From assembly GCA_963709585.1 (NCBI GenBank), contig CAVPXI010000011.1:36455-100454 (forward strand): 64,000 nucleotides of DNA, read 5' to 3'. The position numbers and the translations under genes were made by a program. Below the pieces are notes generated by a model. The model was given only the letters and a program-made list of their open reading frames with translations, was not told where the DNA came from and did not search any database. This document shows, in pieces, positions 1 through 11,142 of the stretch. Each line of letters starts with the position of its first letter. The first letter of the stretch is position 1. This DNA is from Candidatus Dormiibacterota bacterium. Its GTDB lineage: Bacteria > Chloroflexota > Dormibacteria > Aeolococcales > Aeolococcaceae.

Positions 1-225
1 CTGCTGACAGGCACCCACGCGGTGCAAGGAGTTGCCGTCGCTGGGAGCTCGGTCACCCTCACAGGATCGGCGGTCTTCGGATCGGCGACCTCCTACGCTT
101 GCTACGGTTCTGACGGCGCACAACCGGGAGTCCCGGTGGTGTTCTCATACGCGTCCGCCAGCACGTTCACGCCGAATGGTGCGGCTCCAGGCGACGCGCT
201 CCGATACATCTGCATCGGTAACTAA
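1..225 (+). CDS. C-terminal fragment of a hypothetical, probably secreted or surface protein (5' end outside window)
   Basis: Frame 1 is open from base 1 to TAA at 223-225. Small-residue-rich beta-type sequence with two Cys, ending YICIGN. Confidence 0.5.
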   Translation: MLTGTHAVQGVAVAGSSVTLTGSAVFGSATSYACYGSDGAQPGVPVVFSYASASTFTPNGAAPGDALRYICIGN

Positions 226-403
226 CTAGATGCAGTCGGTTACCTCACTGGACTGATCGCAACGGCTCGGGTTCGTCCCGCCCCTGGCACAGCGTGTGCT
301 CAGGCGGGGCGGCCCGAGCCCGCGCTTTGAACATTGTGTGGCGGACTCACAAGTGACAACAGCTGATGACATTCGTGGCACTGCGCCGCGATCCTCGTGG
401 AGG

Positions 404-988
404 GTGATCGCATTGGGCAGGAAGGGCATCACGGCCCTCGCGCTTGGGCCGGTCCTCGTCGGTGTCGCGGCCTGCGGGTCGCCGCATGCGACGCCGGCCC
501 AGGCGGCGACGACGCTCGTAACCCAGGGGCTCAAGGCGCAGTTGGCGGGAGATCTGGCAACGGCGGCGAGCGACTACCAGCAAGCGATTCGCCTCGACGG
601 GAGCAGCATGGTCGCTCACTACGACCTCGGCACCGTCTACGACCAGCAGCGGAGCTCGGCGCAGGCCGTGAGCGAGTATCAGGCGGCGCTGGTCATCGAT
701 CCCAGCTTTCCCGACGCACTTTTCAACCTCGCCGTGGACACGGCCGGGAGCAATCCCGAGAGCGCCTCGATGCTGTACAGCAGGGTGGTGTCATTGCAAC
801 CGAGCTATGCGGCGGCATGGCTCAACCTCGGGTTCGCGTTGATGACGCAGGGCGACGAAGTCCGGGCGAGGGCAGACTGGGCAAAGGCGATCGCACTCGA
901 TCCGACCCTGGCTTCGCGCCTTCCAAAGGCCACGCCGACGCCGGCTGCATTGTCATCGCCGTCGCCGACCCGAACGCCGAAGCCATAG
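404..988 (+). CDS. Tetratricopeptide-repeat lipoprotein
   Basis: Hydrophobic signal with lipobox VAAC-GS, TPR repeats (AHYDLG, ALFNLA, AWLNLG...A..LDP) and a Pro/Thr/Ser tail. Start uncertain (296, 404 or 413). Confidence 0.85.
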   Translation: MIALGRKGITALALGPVLVGVAACGSPHATPAQAATTLVTQGLKAQLAGDLATAASDYQQAIRLDGSSMVAHYDLGTVYDQQRSSAQAVSEYQAALVIDPSFPDALFNLAVDTAGSNPESASMLYSRVVSLQPSYAAAWLNLGFALMTQGDEVRARADWAKAIALDPTLASRLPKATPTPAALSSPSPTRTPKP

Positions 989-1019
989 TCCGGCGAAGAC
1001 AGACACGCCGGATGCGCCG

Positions 1020-3290
1020 ATGAAGACTCGCGTGCGCCGTGAGCGCGTGCTGATCGGATCCGTGCGACCGCAGCCGCGTCGCATGCAGCGAGCGCCCATC
1101 AAGACGAATGTCGCGCCGCCGCGGCACCATCATTGGCTGCGTCTGGCGCCGTGGGTCTTCGTCGCCGGTGCGTGCATGTTCGGTCTGGTCACGCTCGCAG
1201 GCGAGCTTGCACCGGTGCAACCGGTCAACGACGAGACATTTCACTACGAGATGGTGCGCTGGGCCGTGCAACAGATACACCAGGGAAACATGCTGCCCCT
1301 GGACGGCTGGTTTCCATATCTGAATCTCGGAGTGGCTCAGTTCTCGCACTACCAGAGCCTGCCGCATCTGATCACCGCCTACATATCGCTCATCTTCGGA
1401 ACCGACTCCACAGAGCGATGGATGGGGTACCTCCTCTTCGCATTGTTTCCGTTGAGCGTCTACACCGGGACCAGGCTGCTCGGATGGTCCGCATGGGCGG
1501 CTGGAGGCGCGGCGCTCGTATCGCCGCTGCTGATCAGCGTCACCGGGTACGGATACAAGTCCTTCAGCTACACGTGGTTGGGCAACGGGCTCTGGTCGCA
1601 GGAGTGGGGGATGTTTCTGCTCCCACTGGCATGGGGCTTCACGTGGCGAGCAGTCGATGGTGTCGGACGTGGACGATACGCGCTCGCGGCGCTGGCCGTC
1701 GGGCTCACCATCGCGATGCATTTCCTCACCGGGTACTTCGTGATGCTGTCGATCGGCGTCTTCGCGATCGTGGTGTGGCGAGGGCTCCTCCCGCGCATCG
1801 GGCGTGCCGCGTTGGTGTTCGGCGGCGCGGCGCTGGTCGCGTCGTGGGTGCTGGTGCCATTGATCACCGACGCCGCGTACTTCAACGCAAGTGAGTTCAA
1901 CACCAATACGTTCTGGCTGAACTCATGGGGAGCACCGCAGGTGCTCGGTTGGCTGTTCACCGGTCAGGTCTTCGACGCGGGCAGGTTCCCGATCGTGAGC
2001 CTGCTCGCCCTGCTTGGCGCCGGGGTCTGCGTCTCTCGCTTCCGCCAGGATGCTCGAGCGCGTGCGCTGCTCGGACTCCTGGCGCTCAGCTTCGTGCTGT
2101 TCTCCGGGCGCCCGACATTCGGGTTGATTCTGAACCTGCTTCCCGGGAACAGCGACCTCTATCTCCACCGCTACATCATGGGAATCCAGCTCTCAGGCGT
2201 GATGCTGGCCGGGGTGGGGCTAGCGTGGGCGGGCGAGCACATCCTCGTGTTGGCGCGCAGGTGGAAACCGCGCATCCGGCCGGTTCCGGTCATCGCCGGC
2301 CTCATGGGCGCCGCGGTCCTGATCACGCTGCCCGCTTGGTTTGATCGCGCCACCTATGCGGCCGCGGACAACACCAGCCTCGCGGTGCAGGTCGCCACCG
2401 ACCAGACCGACGGGGCGGCGCTCGACGTGCTCATCAACACCATCAATGCTCGCGGCGGTGGACGCGCATACGCCGGGTTGCCGGGAAACTGGGGGCGGCT
2501 GTACGAGATCGGTCAGGTGCCGGTGTACGAATACCTCGCCGATCACAGCGTCGACGAGGTCGGGTACGTGCTGCGCACCCCGTCGATCGTGGCCGACAAC
2601 GAGGCGTACTTCAACCAGAACGATCCTGCGCAGTACCAGCTCTACAACGTTCGCTACATCCTGATGCCGAGCGGGATGCCACCGCCGGTACCGGCCACCC
2701 TGATTGCCTCGAGCGGACGGCACCGGCTGTGGCTGGTGGCAACCACCGGCTACATCCAGGTCGTCGACACCGCCGGCGTCGTCGAGGCGGACCGCACGGA
2801 CATGGCGTCGCAGATGCAACCCTTCTTGCGTTCGGGAGCGTTCCGCTCTGGCGAGCTGGCGACGGTCGCATACGACGGACGCACAGCCGCCACCCCGACG
2901 CTTCCCATCGGGGCGACGCCTGGCACGCCCGCGGGCACGAGCACCGATGTGCTCGTCCAGGCGCAGAACGGTTTCTTTGCGGCCGAGGTGACCGCGAACA
3001 GGAAGGCGGCGGTGGTGCTCAAGGCGACCTTCGATCCGCGCTGGCATGTGATCGTGGACGGGACGGCGGTGGTTCCGTACATGGTGGTCCCTGGTTTTGT
3101 GGCCGTCACCGTGGGGCCCGGGCAGCACGCCGTGGTCTTCCAGTACATCGCGTACTCGCACTACACGCTCCTGCTCGGCATCGGCGGAATGACCCTGCTC
3201 GTCCTCGCGCTCGGCCCTTGGCTCATCAGAACCTGGGGTCGCCGCGTCCTGCGGCCACTCATCGGGCAGCTCAGGCGGTTGAAGAGGTGA
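1020..3290 (+). CDS. Polytopic membrane protein, YfhO-like / GT-C-fold glycosyltransferase
   Basis: About 12 TM segments, an acidic ND-E-FH loop after TM1, and a YfhO-type C-terminal domain (FDPRWHVIVDG...AVTVGPGQHAVVFQY) followed by a final TM. Confidence 0.75.
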   Translation: MKTRVRRERVLIGSVRPQPRRMQRAPIKTNVAPPRHHHWLRLAPWVFVAGACMFGLVTLAGELAPVQPVNDETFHYEMVRWAVQQIHQGNMLPLDGWFPYLNLGVAQFSHYQSLPHLITAYISLIFGTDSTERWMGYLLFALFPLSVYTGTRLLGWSAWAAGGAALVSPLLISVTGYGYKSFSYTWLGNGLWSQEWGMFLLPLAWGFTWRAVDGVGRGRYALAALAVGLTIAMHFLTGYFVMLSIGVFAIVVWRGLLPRIGRAALVFGGAALVASWVLVPLITDAAYFNASEFNTNTFWLNSWGAPQVLGWLFTGQVFDAGRFPIVSLLALLGAGVCVSRFRQDARARALLGLLALSFVLFSGRPTFGLILNLLPGNSDLYLHRYIMGIQLSGVMLAGVGLAWAGEHILVLARRWKPRIRPVPVIAGLMGAAVLITLPAWFDRATYAAADNTSLAVQVATDQTDGAALDVLINTINARGGGRAYAGLPGNWGRLYEIGQVPVYEYLADHSVDEVGYVLRTPSIVADNEAYFNQNDPAQYQLYNVRYILMPSGMPPPVPATLIASSGRHRLWLVATTGYIQVVDTAGVVEADRTDMASQMQPFLRSGAFRSGELATVAYDGRTAATPTLPIGATPGTPAGTSTDVLVQAQNGFFAAEVTANRKAAVVLKATFDPRWHVIVDGTAVVPYMVVPGFVAVTVGPGQHAVVFQYIAYSHYTLLLGIGGMTLLVLALGPWLIRTWGRRVLRPLIGQLRRLKR

Positions 3291-4539
3291 GGCGTCTCCT
3301 CGAGGTTTCGATCCTGATGCCGTGCTTGAACGAGGCCGAGACGATCGGGAGGTGTATCGACAGTGCACGTGCGTCGATCGCTCAGATGAATCTGCGCGCC
3401 GAGGTTCTGGTCGCGGACAACGGCAGCACCGACGGGTCACAGCAGATCGCTCTTGCCCACGGGGCGAAGGTCGTCATCGTCGATGAGCCCGGGTATGGGG
3501 CGGCGATTCGCGGCGGCGTCGCTGCGTCGTCGAGCCGCTTCATCATCATGGGGGACGCCGACGAAAGCTACGATTTCGGCGAGATCCCCCCGATCCTCGA
3601 ACGGCTGCGGGTCGGCGACGACCTGGTCATGGGCAACCGCTTCACCGGCGGGATCGAGAAGGGTGCAATGCCCTGGTCGCATCGGTGGATCGGGAATCCG
3701 GTGCTGTCCCTGACCGGACGGATCTTCTTCTCATCGAGCGTGCGCGACTTCCACTGCGGACTGCGCGGTTTCAGTGTCGACGCGTTCAGGCGAATGCGTC
3801 TCAACACCACCGGCATGGAGTTCGCCAGCGAGATCGTCGTGAAGGCTTCGCTGGCGAGCATGAAGGTGAGTGAGGTACCGATATCGCTGCACAAGGACGG
3901 CAGGAGCCGCCGCCGCACCTGCGCACCTGGCGCGATGGGTGGCGGCATCTTCGATTCCTGCTGCTCTTCTGCCCGCGATGGCTCTTTCTCATCCCGGGCC
4001 TCGCGCTCATGCTCTCGGGATCGGCAATGACCATCTGGCTGCTCGGCGGAACCCGGTATGTCGGCTCGATCGGCCTTGACATCCACACGATGCTGGTGAG
4101 CGGCGTCTCCGCACTGATGGGGTACGAGCTGGTGCTGTTCGGCGCCTTCATCAAGGTCTTCGGCATGCGCGCCGGGTTCTTACCCGCAGATCGGCGAATG
4201 GAGCGCTTCTTCCGCGTGGCGACACTGGAAAAGGGACTGCTCGCTGGGGCGATCCTCACCGTGACAGGCTCGGCACTCGTGCTCGCCGCCGTGGTGAGCT
4301 GGGGCCGGGGTGGCTACGGGGCCCTCGACACCGAAGCGTCGATGCGAACCTTGATCGTCGCCATGCTCCTGATCGCCGCAGGAGTGCAGACAATCTTCGC
4401 CAGCTTTGTGATGAGCATGCTGGGCATCAGAGAAACCGTCGTCAAGCCATCACCGGTGGTGCTCGAGCCCGCAGACGAGGCCGAGGTCATCGGGGTCGGC
4501 GCGGTGATCCCGAGGCGCGCGATATCAGGTCGACGATAG
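3287..4539 (+). CDS. Glycosyltransferase family 2 (polyprenol-phosphate glycosyltransferase-like) with C-terminal TM domain; apparent frameshift near 3910
   Basis: GTG start overlaps the upstream TGA. Motifs SILMPCLNEAE, VADNGSTDGS, MGDADESY, DFHCGLR. Adding one base near 3910 restores KDGRSRPPHLRTWRDGWRHLRFLL and joins ORF 4009..4539. Confidence 0.85.
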
Positions 4540-5156
4540 TGCTGGCGGAACGGCTTCACGGCGGCTATGTGGTTGGACGTCGGGTACGGGTGCTGGCGGA
4601 CAACCTCACGGGGTTGATCCCGCCTGCCGTCAGCGTGCTCGATATCGGATGTGGTGACGGTGTGCTCGGAAGCGTCCTCACCACCCGGCGCCCGGACATC
4701 TCCCTGGTGGGAGCCGAGGTTCTCCTCCAGCCGCGGAGCCGCATACCGATCACGGCGTTCGACGGTCTGACGCTGCCATTCCCCGACCATGCGGTGGACG
4801 TCGCGCTCCTCGTCGATGTCGTTCATCACGCGTCCGATCCGCACCGCCTGCTGGCGGAGGCGGCTCGCGTGGCGACAACCGCGGTGATCATCAAGGACCA
4901 CCACCTGCGCGGGATGTTCGCACGCCCCACGCTCGCCTTCATGGACCGCATCGGCAACGCTCGACACGGCGTCGCCCTCCCATACCACTACTGGACGCCC
5001 GACGAATGGCGCGATGCCTTCGCGCGGATGCACGCCACGGTCCGTGTCGAGACCACGAAGCTCGGGCTCTATCCGGCGCCGGCCAGATGGGTCTTCGAGC
5101 GTTCACTGCACTTCGTCGCGCTGCTCGGCCTGAAGCCACCGCGCTGGGAAACGTGA
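4539..5156 (+). CDS. Class I SAM-dependent methyltransferase
   Basis: Motif I VLDIGCGDG, LPFPDHAVD and DVVHH. Translationally coupled to the GT2 gene. Confidence 0.85.
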   Translation: MLAERLHGGYVVGRRVRVLADNLTGLIPPAVSVLDIGCGDGVLGSVLTTRRPDISLVGAEVLLQPRSRIPITAFDGLTLPFPDHAVDVALLVDVVHHASDPHRLLAEAARVATTAVIIKDHHLRGMFARPTLAFMDRIGNARHGVALPYHYWTPDEWRDAFARMHATVRVETTKLGLYPAPARWVFERSLHFVALLGLKPPRWET

Positions 5157-5270
5157 GGAGCGGCGGATTTGCAACGGTTCTGAGCCGAGGCTGTGCCGAC
5201 GTGGCCGCTGACGCGGTCCATCGGCCAATTCGGAACAGGCTATGCCAATGATTCCAGGCGTCACCCTGCC

Positions 5271-5462
5271 ATGACCGGCCGTCAGACGACACCCAGGCAG
5301 GACCCGCTCCCCCCGGAAGTCGGCTTTGGCGAGCTGATGACCCGGATGATCTCGGCCAATCGACTCGAGCAAGCGAAGCGCGCCAGGGCCGACGGCACCG
5401 GTCGCGGCTACCCGCGGGACGGGATGGACATGCGCCGGCCCCCCGAAAGCCCGCCAGCCTGA
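5271..5462 (+). CDS. Small hypothetical protein
   Basis: Fills an intergenic gap with plausible codon usage (MTGRQTTPRQDPLPPEVGFGELMTRM...). No motif recognised; start uncertain (5193 or 5271). Confidence 0.35.
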   Translation: MTGRQTTPRQDPLPPEVGFGELMTRMISANRLEQAKRARADGTGRGYPRDGMDMRRPPESPPA

Positions 5463-5513
5463 CCCCTCGACGCCTGAGACCGCCGCCGCGCCACGGGGAC
5501 TCCGCCCAGCAGG

Positions 5514-7034
5514 TCAATTGAAGCCTCGAAGCGACGGCCAGGCTGCATTGATGGACTCGCGCAGGTGCGTGCAGACGAGGATCGGCGTGCCGGCCTCCTG
5601 GTTGGCGACTGCATCCGGCATGCGCACCGAACCGGCGCGGGTGACAGTCCCGCAGAAGAACGCGATGTCGCCGGGGTTGAATCCCACCGTCACAAGTGTC
5701 GTGGCGTCAAGGTTCGCCGGCTTCCAGTACCAGAACGTGAGCTGAGCGCTGATCGCCTGAGGGAGGTGCTCGCGACCGCCATAGATGTCGATCGCGCCCG
5801 CCTCGCCGTAGTTGTTGGTGAGGATCGACGTCGTCGACCGCTGCGCTGCGGGCAGGGCGTTGTACACCGCCGCGATCTGCGAAGCCACGTCCGGCCAGCC
5901 AACGGTATCGGCGAAGTCCTGGCGCAGCTTGTCGAGGTTGAACCTGTGCAGCGATGACGTGGGGACGACCGGAAGGATCACCGGGAGCAGCAGCACCAGC
6001 TGGACGAAGCCTGCACCAACCACGAGACCGGTCACCCGACGCCGGCGCGTGAGCGACACGATCCTGTCCACGGCCATGCATCCCGCAGCGAGCACCAATG
6101 GAATCGTCGGCGCGGGGTAATACGCCTTGCCCTCGGGCAGAAGCACGAGGATCGCGACCGCCGTGAGCACGCCGAGCGGCCGGAGCCGCTGATCGCGGAG
6201 GAGGAGCAGCAGCCCCGCAATCCAGATCGGGAGGGTGAGCGGTCCGGTGTAGAGGATGAAATCGGCGATAAACGTGACCATGCCGCCGCTGTTCGCGATG
6301 TCCGCGCTGTGATTGCGGACATACGTCAGCGAGGGAAATGCATTGGCGATCTGCCACGCGACGTTCGGAGCGAACAGGGCGAGCGCGATCACCACTCCGA
6401 TCCATGGATATCGTGTGCGCAGAAACGGCCGAAGGTCGCGCGACACCAGCACCGCTGCGACGATGCCGGCGCAGAGCGCGAGGATGGTCAGCTTGGTTTC
6501 GAGCCCGACACCGATGTCGACGCCGAGCAGGATGAAGAGGCGCGCGTCACCGGTGCGCAGGATGCGGAGCAGCAGGAAGATGGCGATCAACCAGGTGAGT
6601 TGATCGAACGTCACCGTCTGAAAGAGCCAGTTGGCGCCGAGCAGAAGCGGGCTCATCAAGGTCACGAGCGATGCGAGGATGGCGATGCCCCGGCCGGCCC
6701 CCATCTCTCGCGCGCACATGCCGGCGAGGAACACCACCAGGGCGCCGGCGAGCGCGGGGAACAGCCGAAACGTCCACGGCGAGATGCCGAAGATGCTGGT
6801 GTTGAGCCATGCGAGCATCGGCGTGACCGGCGGATAGTCCACGTATCCCAAGGCGGGATGCTGGCCGCTGATGATGTAGTACATCTCGTCGCGCTGAAAG
6901 CCGTACAAGCCGTTGGTGGCGAGATGGATCGCGAACTTCAGCGCCGCGATCCCGAGCAGCGGCGCGGTTGGACGACGCCACCAGCGGCGCACCGCAGCGA
7001 AGCTCATCGAGCCGGCGATCGCAGTGCGCGGCAC
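5514..7034 (-). CDS. Glycosyltransferase family 39 / ArnT-PMT-like membrane protein
   Basis: YGFQRDEMYY, GYVDYPP and NYGEAGAID motifs with many TM helices. Confidence 0.85.
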   Translation of the reverse strand: MPRTAIAGSMSFAAVRRWWRRPTAPLLGIAALKFAIHLATNGLYGFQRDEMYYIISGQHPALGYVDYPPVTPMLAWLNTSIFGISPWTFRLFPALAGALVVFLAGMCAREMGAGRGIAILASLVTLMSPLLLGANWLFQTVTFDQLTWLIAIFLLLRILRTGDARLFILLGVDIGVGLETKLTILALCAGIVAAVLVSRDLRPFLRTRYPWIGVVIALALFAPNVAWQIANAFPSLTYVRNHSADIANSGGMVTFIADFILYTGPLTLPIWIAGLLLLLRDQRLRPLGVLTAVAILVLLPEGKAYYPAPTIPLVLAAGCMAVDRIVSLTRRRRVTGLVVGAGFVQLVLLLPVILPVVPTSSLHRFNLDKLRQDFADTVGWPDVASQIAAVYNALPAAQRSTTSILTNNYGEAGAIDIYGGREHLPQAISAQLTFWYWKPANLDATTLVTVGFNPGDIAFFCGTVTRAGSVRMPDAVANQEAGTPILVCTHLRESINAAWPSLRGFN

Positions 7035-7083
7035 TGCATCCGGCGCCCACGGGGTGCCATCTCGTGAGCGCCGGACGTGAAGG

Positions 7084-8451
7084 CTAGGCCGCCCCGGCGG
7101 GGACCTTCGGAAGCTCCGCGAGCGCGATGTCGAGCCGCTCCTGTGGGAGTTCCACGTCCTCGAGCTTGCCCGCGAAGTACGCGTCGTAGGCGCCGAGGTC
7201 GAAGTGCCCGTGGCCCGAGAGGTTGAAGAGGATCACGCGCGAATCGCCCGCCTCGCGGGCGGCGGCGGCTTCCTGCGCAACTGCGCGCAGCGCGTGCGAC
7301 GGCTCCGGTGCGGGGAGGATTCCCTCGCTGCGCGCGAAGCGCACCGCCTCCGCGAAGCACTCGTTCTGCTTGTACGCGCGAGCCTCGATGAGGCCGTTCT
7401 TCACAAGCAGGCAGAGCGAGGGTGCATCGCCGTGATACCGCAGGCCGCCCGCATGGATGCTGTCGGGAATGAAGTTGTGGCCGAGCGTGTACATCGGCAC
7501 GACCGGTCCCATCCCCGCGGTGTCACCGAAGTCGTATGCGAAGAGACCGCGCGTGAGGGTCGGGCACGCGGCCGGTTCCGCGGCGATGAAACGGGTGTTG
7601 GTCTTGCCGGCGAGGCGATCGGCGAGGAACGGATACGCGAGGCCGGCAAAGTTCGAGCCACCGCCGACGCAGCCGATCACCACGTCGGGATACGCATCGG
7701 CCATCTCCATCTGCTTCTGCGCCTCCTGACCGATGACGGTCTGATGGAGGAGCACGTGGTTGACCACCGAGCCGAGCGAGTAATGGCTGTCGTCGCGGGT
7801 CGCGGCGTCCTCGACGGCCTCGGAGATGGCGATCCCGAGGCTCCCCGGCGAATCCGGCTTCGCGGCGAGCACGCTGCGACCGAACTCGGTCTGGTCGGTC
7901 GGGGAGGGGAGGACCTTCGCGCCCCACGTCTCCATGAGGGCACGGCGGTACGGTTTCTGCTCATACGAGACTTTGACCATGTAGACCATGACCTCGAGGC
8001 CGAAGAGGCCACCCGCAAACGCGAGTGCCGAGCCCCACTGGCCGGCGCCGGTCTCGGTGGTCAGCCGCTTGATGCCTTCCTCGGCGTTGTAATACGCCTG
8101 CGCCACCGCGGTGTTGGGTTTGTGGGATCCCGCCGGCGATGTTCCCTCGTACTTGTAGAAGATCCTTGCGGGGGTGTCGAGCGCCTTCTCCAGACGGCTG
8201 GCGCGATAGAGCGGGGTGGGGCGCCACAGCTTGTAGATGTCGCGGACGCGATCGGGGATCTCGATCCAGCGCTCCGACGAGACCTCCTGCCCGATGATGG
8301 CCATGGGGAAGATGGGGGTGAGGTCTGGGGGCGTCAGCGGCTCGAGAGTCCGCGGGCTCAGAAAGGCACCGAGCGGCTCCGGGACATCCGCGAGGATGTT
8401 GTACCAGTGCGACGGCAGCTCGTCTTCCGTCAGCAAGAACTTGGTTGTCAT
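7084..8451 (-). CDS. trpB2: TrpB-like PLP-dependent enzyme (tryptophan synthase beta chain type 2)
   Basis: GSHKPNTA (PLP lysine), [17 protein letters not shown] and HAGGLRYHG. The N-terminal WYNI extension is typical of TrpB2. Confidence 0.93.
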   Translation of the reverse strand: MTTKFLLTEDELPSHWYNILADVPEPLGAFLSPRTLEPLTPPDLTPIFPMAIIGQEVSSERWIEIPDRVRDIYKLWRPTPLYRASRLEKALDTPARIFYKYEGTSPAGSHKPNTAVAQAYYNAEEGIKRLTTETGAGQWGSALAFAGGLFGLEVMVYMVKVSYEQKPYRRALMETWGAKVLPSPTDQTEFGRSVLAAKPDSPGSLGIAISEAVEDAATRDDSHYSLGSVVNHVLLHQTVIGQEAQKQMEMADAYPDVVIGCVGGGSNFAGLAYPFLADRLAGKTNTRFIAAEPAACPTLTRGLFAYDFGDTAGMGPVVPMYTLGHNFIPDSIHAGGLRYHGDAPSLCLLVKNGLIEARAYKQNECFAEAVRFARSEGILPAPEPSHALRAVAQEAAAAREAGDSRVILFNLSGHGHFDLGAYDAYFAGKLEDVELPQERLDIALAELPKVPAGAA

Positions 8452-8561
8452 CGGTGCCACCTCTGCCAATCGCTCTGACGCGTGCAGCCGAGGATACGCC
8501 GCGCGTGGTGGCAAGTCACAGGGCGTGACGTGGGCCGCGCCGCCGACCCTATCCTTGCTCG

Positions 8562-9341
8562 ATGCGCCTGGCCACCTGGAACGTGAACTCGGTCGTCGTG
8601 CGGCTCCCGCGCCTCGTCGAATGGCTCGCCTCGAGCAGCCCCGACATCCTGTGCCTGCAGGAGACCAAGGTCGCGAATGACGCGTTTCCGCGCGGAGACG
8701 TGGAGGCGCTCGGCTACGAGCTGGCGCTGCACGGGGACGGACGGTGGAACGGCGTCGCGATCATCTCGCGGGTCGGTCTGGCCGACGTGGTCCGAGATTT
8801 CGACGGTGAGCCCGGCTTCCCCGGGGTGGAGGCGCGCGCGGTGAGCGCCACCTGCGGGGGCCTGCGCGTCTGGTCGCTGTACGTGCCCAATGGACGCGCG
8901 CTCGACAGCGATCACTATCCCTACAAGCTGAGCTGGCTGGCGGCGTTGCGCGGGTCGCTGCTTGCAACCCAGGCCACGTCACCACCGCTGGTCGTGTGCG
9001 GCGACTTCAACATCGCTCCGAGTGACGACGACGTGTGGGATCCGGCGGCTTTCATAGGGTCGACCCACGTCAGCGTCCCGGAGCGCGAGGCGCTCGCAGC
9101 CATCACCAGCCTGGGGCTGGACGACGTCCATCCCCGCGCCCTGAAGGGGCGCCCGTTCACCTACTGGGATTACCGTGCCGGCAACTTCCACAAGGGCCTC
9201 GGCATGCGCATCGACCTCGTGCTGCTCGACCACGCGGTGACCCCGGCGGTGACCGACGCGTACATCGATCGCGATGCACGCAAGGGGACGCTGCCGTCCG
9301 ACCACGCACCGCTCGTGGTCGACCTCGACTGGCCGCGGTAG
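8562..9341 (+). CDS. xth: Exodeoxyribonuclease III
   Basis: ATWNVNS, CLQETK, YVPNG, GDFNIAP, RIDL and SDHAP motifs. Confidence 0.93.
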   Translation: MRLATWNVNSVVVRLPRLVEWLASSSPDILCLQETKVANDAFPRGDVEALGYELALHGDGRWNGVAIISRVGLADVVRDFDGEPGFPGVEARAVSATCGGLRVWSLYVPNGRALDSDHYPYKLSWLAALRGSLLATQATSPPLVVCGDFNIAPSDDDVWDPAAFIGSTHVSVPEREALAAITSLGLDDVHPRALKGRPFTYWDYRAGNFHKGLGMRIDLVLLDHAVTPAVTDAYIDRDARKGTLPSDHAPLVVDLDWPR

Positions 9342-9411
9342 CCCAGGGGCGCAATGGCTCGGAGCGGGCATATCCTCAGCGTGTGGCCACGCCCGTCCGA
9401 GCAGCGCGGAC

Positions 9412-10444
9412 ATGAGGCCGGCTGTCGTGCTGGTCGCGATCATTGCGGCGGCGGCGGCGGCCGGCACCGCGGTCTCGCTCACGCAGCGGCCGCACGCGAC
9501 GCCGCACTCATCGAGCCCGTCGCCGAGCGTGGCGTTGACTTCCACCCGCGAACCAACCGGCGGTGGCGTTCGGGTTCTCGGTCGCCGCGGATCTCGCCTT
9601 TCATTCCCTGGTGCTGTTCGGCGGGGTCGACGACTTCGACACCACGTGGCTCTGGAACGGCGCAGCCTGGGTTCGGGTCCACCCGGCAACGAGCCCGCCG
9701 GGGCGCTACGGCGCCTCAGAGGCGTTTGACCCGCAGATCGGCGAAGTCGTGCTTTACGGCGGAACCCTGCAGACAGGGCAGAGTGCCGGCGACACGTGGG
9801 CGTGGGATGGCCGAACCTGGCAGGAGCTCGACGCCGGACACCTCGGGCCGGCGGGTGGGTCCGGTTCGGACATGGCCTGGGACCCGGCCCAGAACCAGGT
9901 GGTGCTGGTCACCGCGCCGCCGGCCGGCCGGGGCGGCGGCGAGACGTGGACCTGGAGTGGTGCGCGCTGGGTGCGCGCCGTCGCCGGGGACCTCGGGACG
10001 AGCTACTCCGGCATCGTGATCGGCTTCGACCCGCTTTCGAACTCGCTGATGGCGGAAGGATGTTGCCAGTCGCAGCCCAGGCTGCCGTCCACGTGGCGCT
10101 GGAACGGGTCGGCGTGGAGCCTGCTCAAAACGTCAGTCCATCCCCAGGACGGATCCAGCCTGGAGGCGGATCCGTCACTCCGCCGTCTTGTGCTGTGCGG
10201 CTGCGATCTCGCCGGGGGATTGAGCCCCGAGATGTGGGTCTGGAGCGGACAGGACTGGATGCCGGGCCCGTACCCGCGACCACCGGTTGTGCCTGAGGCA
10301 GAGGTCATCGACGCGGCTGATTCGCAGTTCCTGGTGCTCGGCTCCGCGATCGGCGGGGCCGACGCCTTGGCGCAGACGCTCCAGGTGTGGACTCTGCGGG
10401 GAAAGCAGTGGCTGCAACTCGGTGCGGATGCCGGGCACGGCTAG
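9412..10444 (+). CDS. Membrane-anchored or secreted kelch-like beta-propeller protein; apparent frameshift near 9545
   Basis: Signal/TM MRPAVVLVAIIAAAAAAG and a Pro/Ser linker in one frame. Repeats (LVLFGG...DTTWLWNG, DTWAWDG, ETWTWSG, TWRWNG) continue in ORF 9563..10444. Confidence 0.7.
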
Positions 10445-10539
10445 CGGCGCCGCTCATCTCACGAGCCCCGCGATGCCGCGCTAGAATCCCGTGCGCCTGC
10501 GCTTGCGGCGCGCCGAATCGAGACTGGGAGGATTGGGCT

Positions 10540-11142
10540 GTGTCCTGGAAGATATCGGGGTCCTACTTCGAGACCTGCTCGTGCAACGTGGTCTGCCCGT
10601 GCACCGCGTCGCTGGCGCTGGGTGCCACACTCGACCGTTGCAAGGTCACGCTCGTGTTCAACATTCACAGCGGGAACGTCGAGGGGACGGATGTCGGTGG
10701 GCTGACCGTCGCCGCGATCGCGGATACACCCAAGGTGATGTCCGACGGCAACTGGCGCCTGGGCGTCTTCATCGATGCGGCCGCCTCCGAGGAGCAGGCA
10801 GAGCGGCTCGGTGGCGTGTTCTCCGGGGCGCTCGGCGGCCCAATGGGCGGCCTGGCTCCGCTGGTGTCGGAGAACCTCGGCGTCCAGCGGGTGCCGATCG
10901 AGGTCCGCGAGGATGGCCTGCGCCATTCGGTTCGAATCGGCGACGCCGTGGACTTCGAGGTCGAGGACGTGGTCCCCTTCGGGGTGGAGACCGGCCAGCC
11001 CGTCAGGCTCGTCGGGATATTCCACCCGGCGGCATCGGAGCTGACCGTGGCTCGAGCAACACGGTCGAAGATCAACGGCTTCGGGATCGAGTACGAGGGC
11101 AAGTCCGGCTTCTCCACGTCGCAATTCTCGTGGTCGGCGTAG
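10540..11142 (+). CDS. DUF1326 family protein
   Basis: W.I.GSYFETCSCNVVCPC N-terminus and GNV.G.DV.GL; RBS GGGAGG upstream of GTG. Confidence 0.88.
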   Translation: MSWKISGSYFETCSCNVVCPCTASLALGATLDRCKVTLVFNIHSGNVEGTDVGGLTVAAIADTPKVMSDGNWRLGVFIDAAASEEQAERLGGVFSGALGGPMGGLAPLVSENLGVQRVPIEVREDGLRHSVRIGDAVDFEVEDVVPFGVETGQPVRLVGIFHPAASELTVARATRSKINGFGIEYEGKSGFSTSQFSWSA

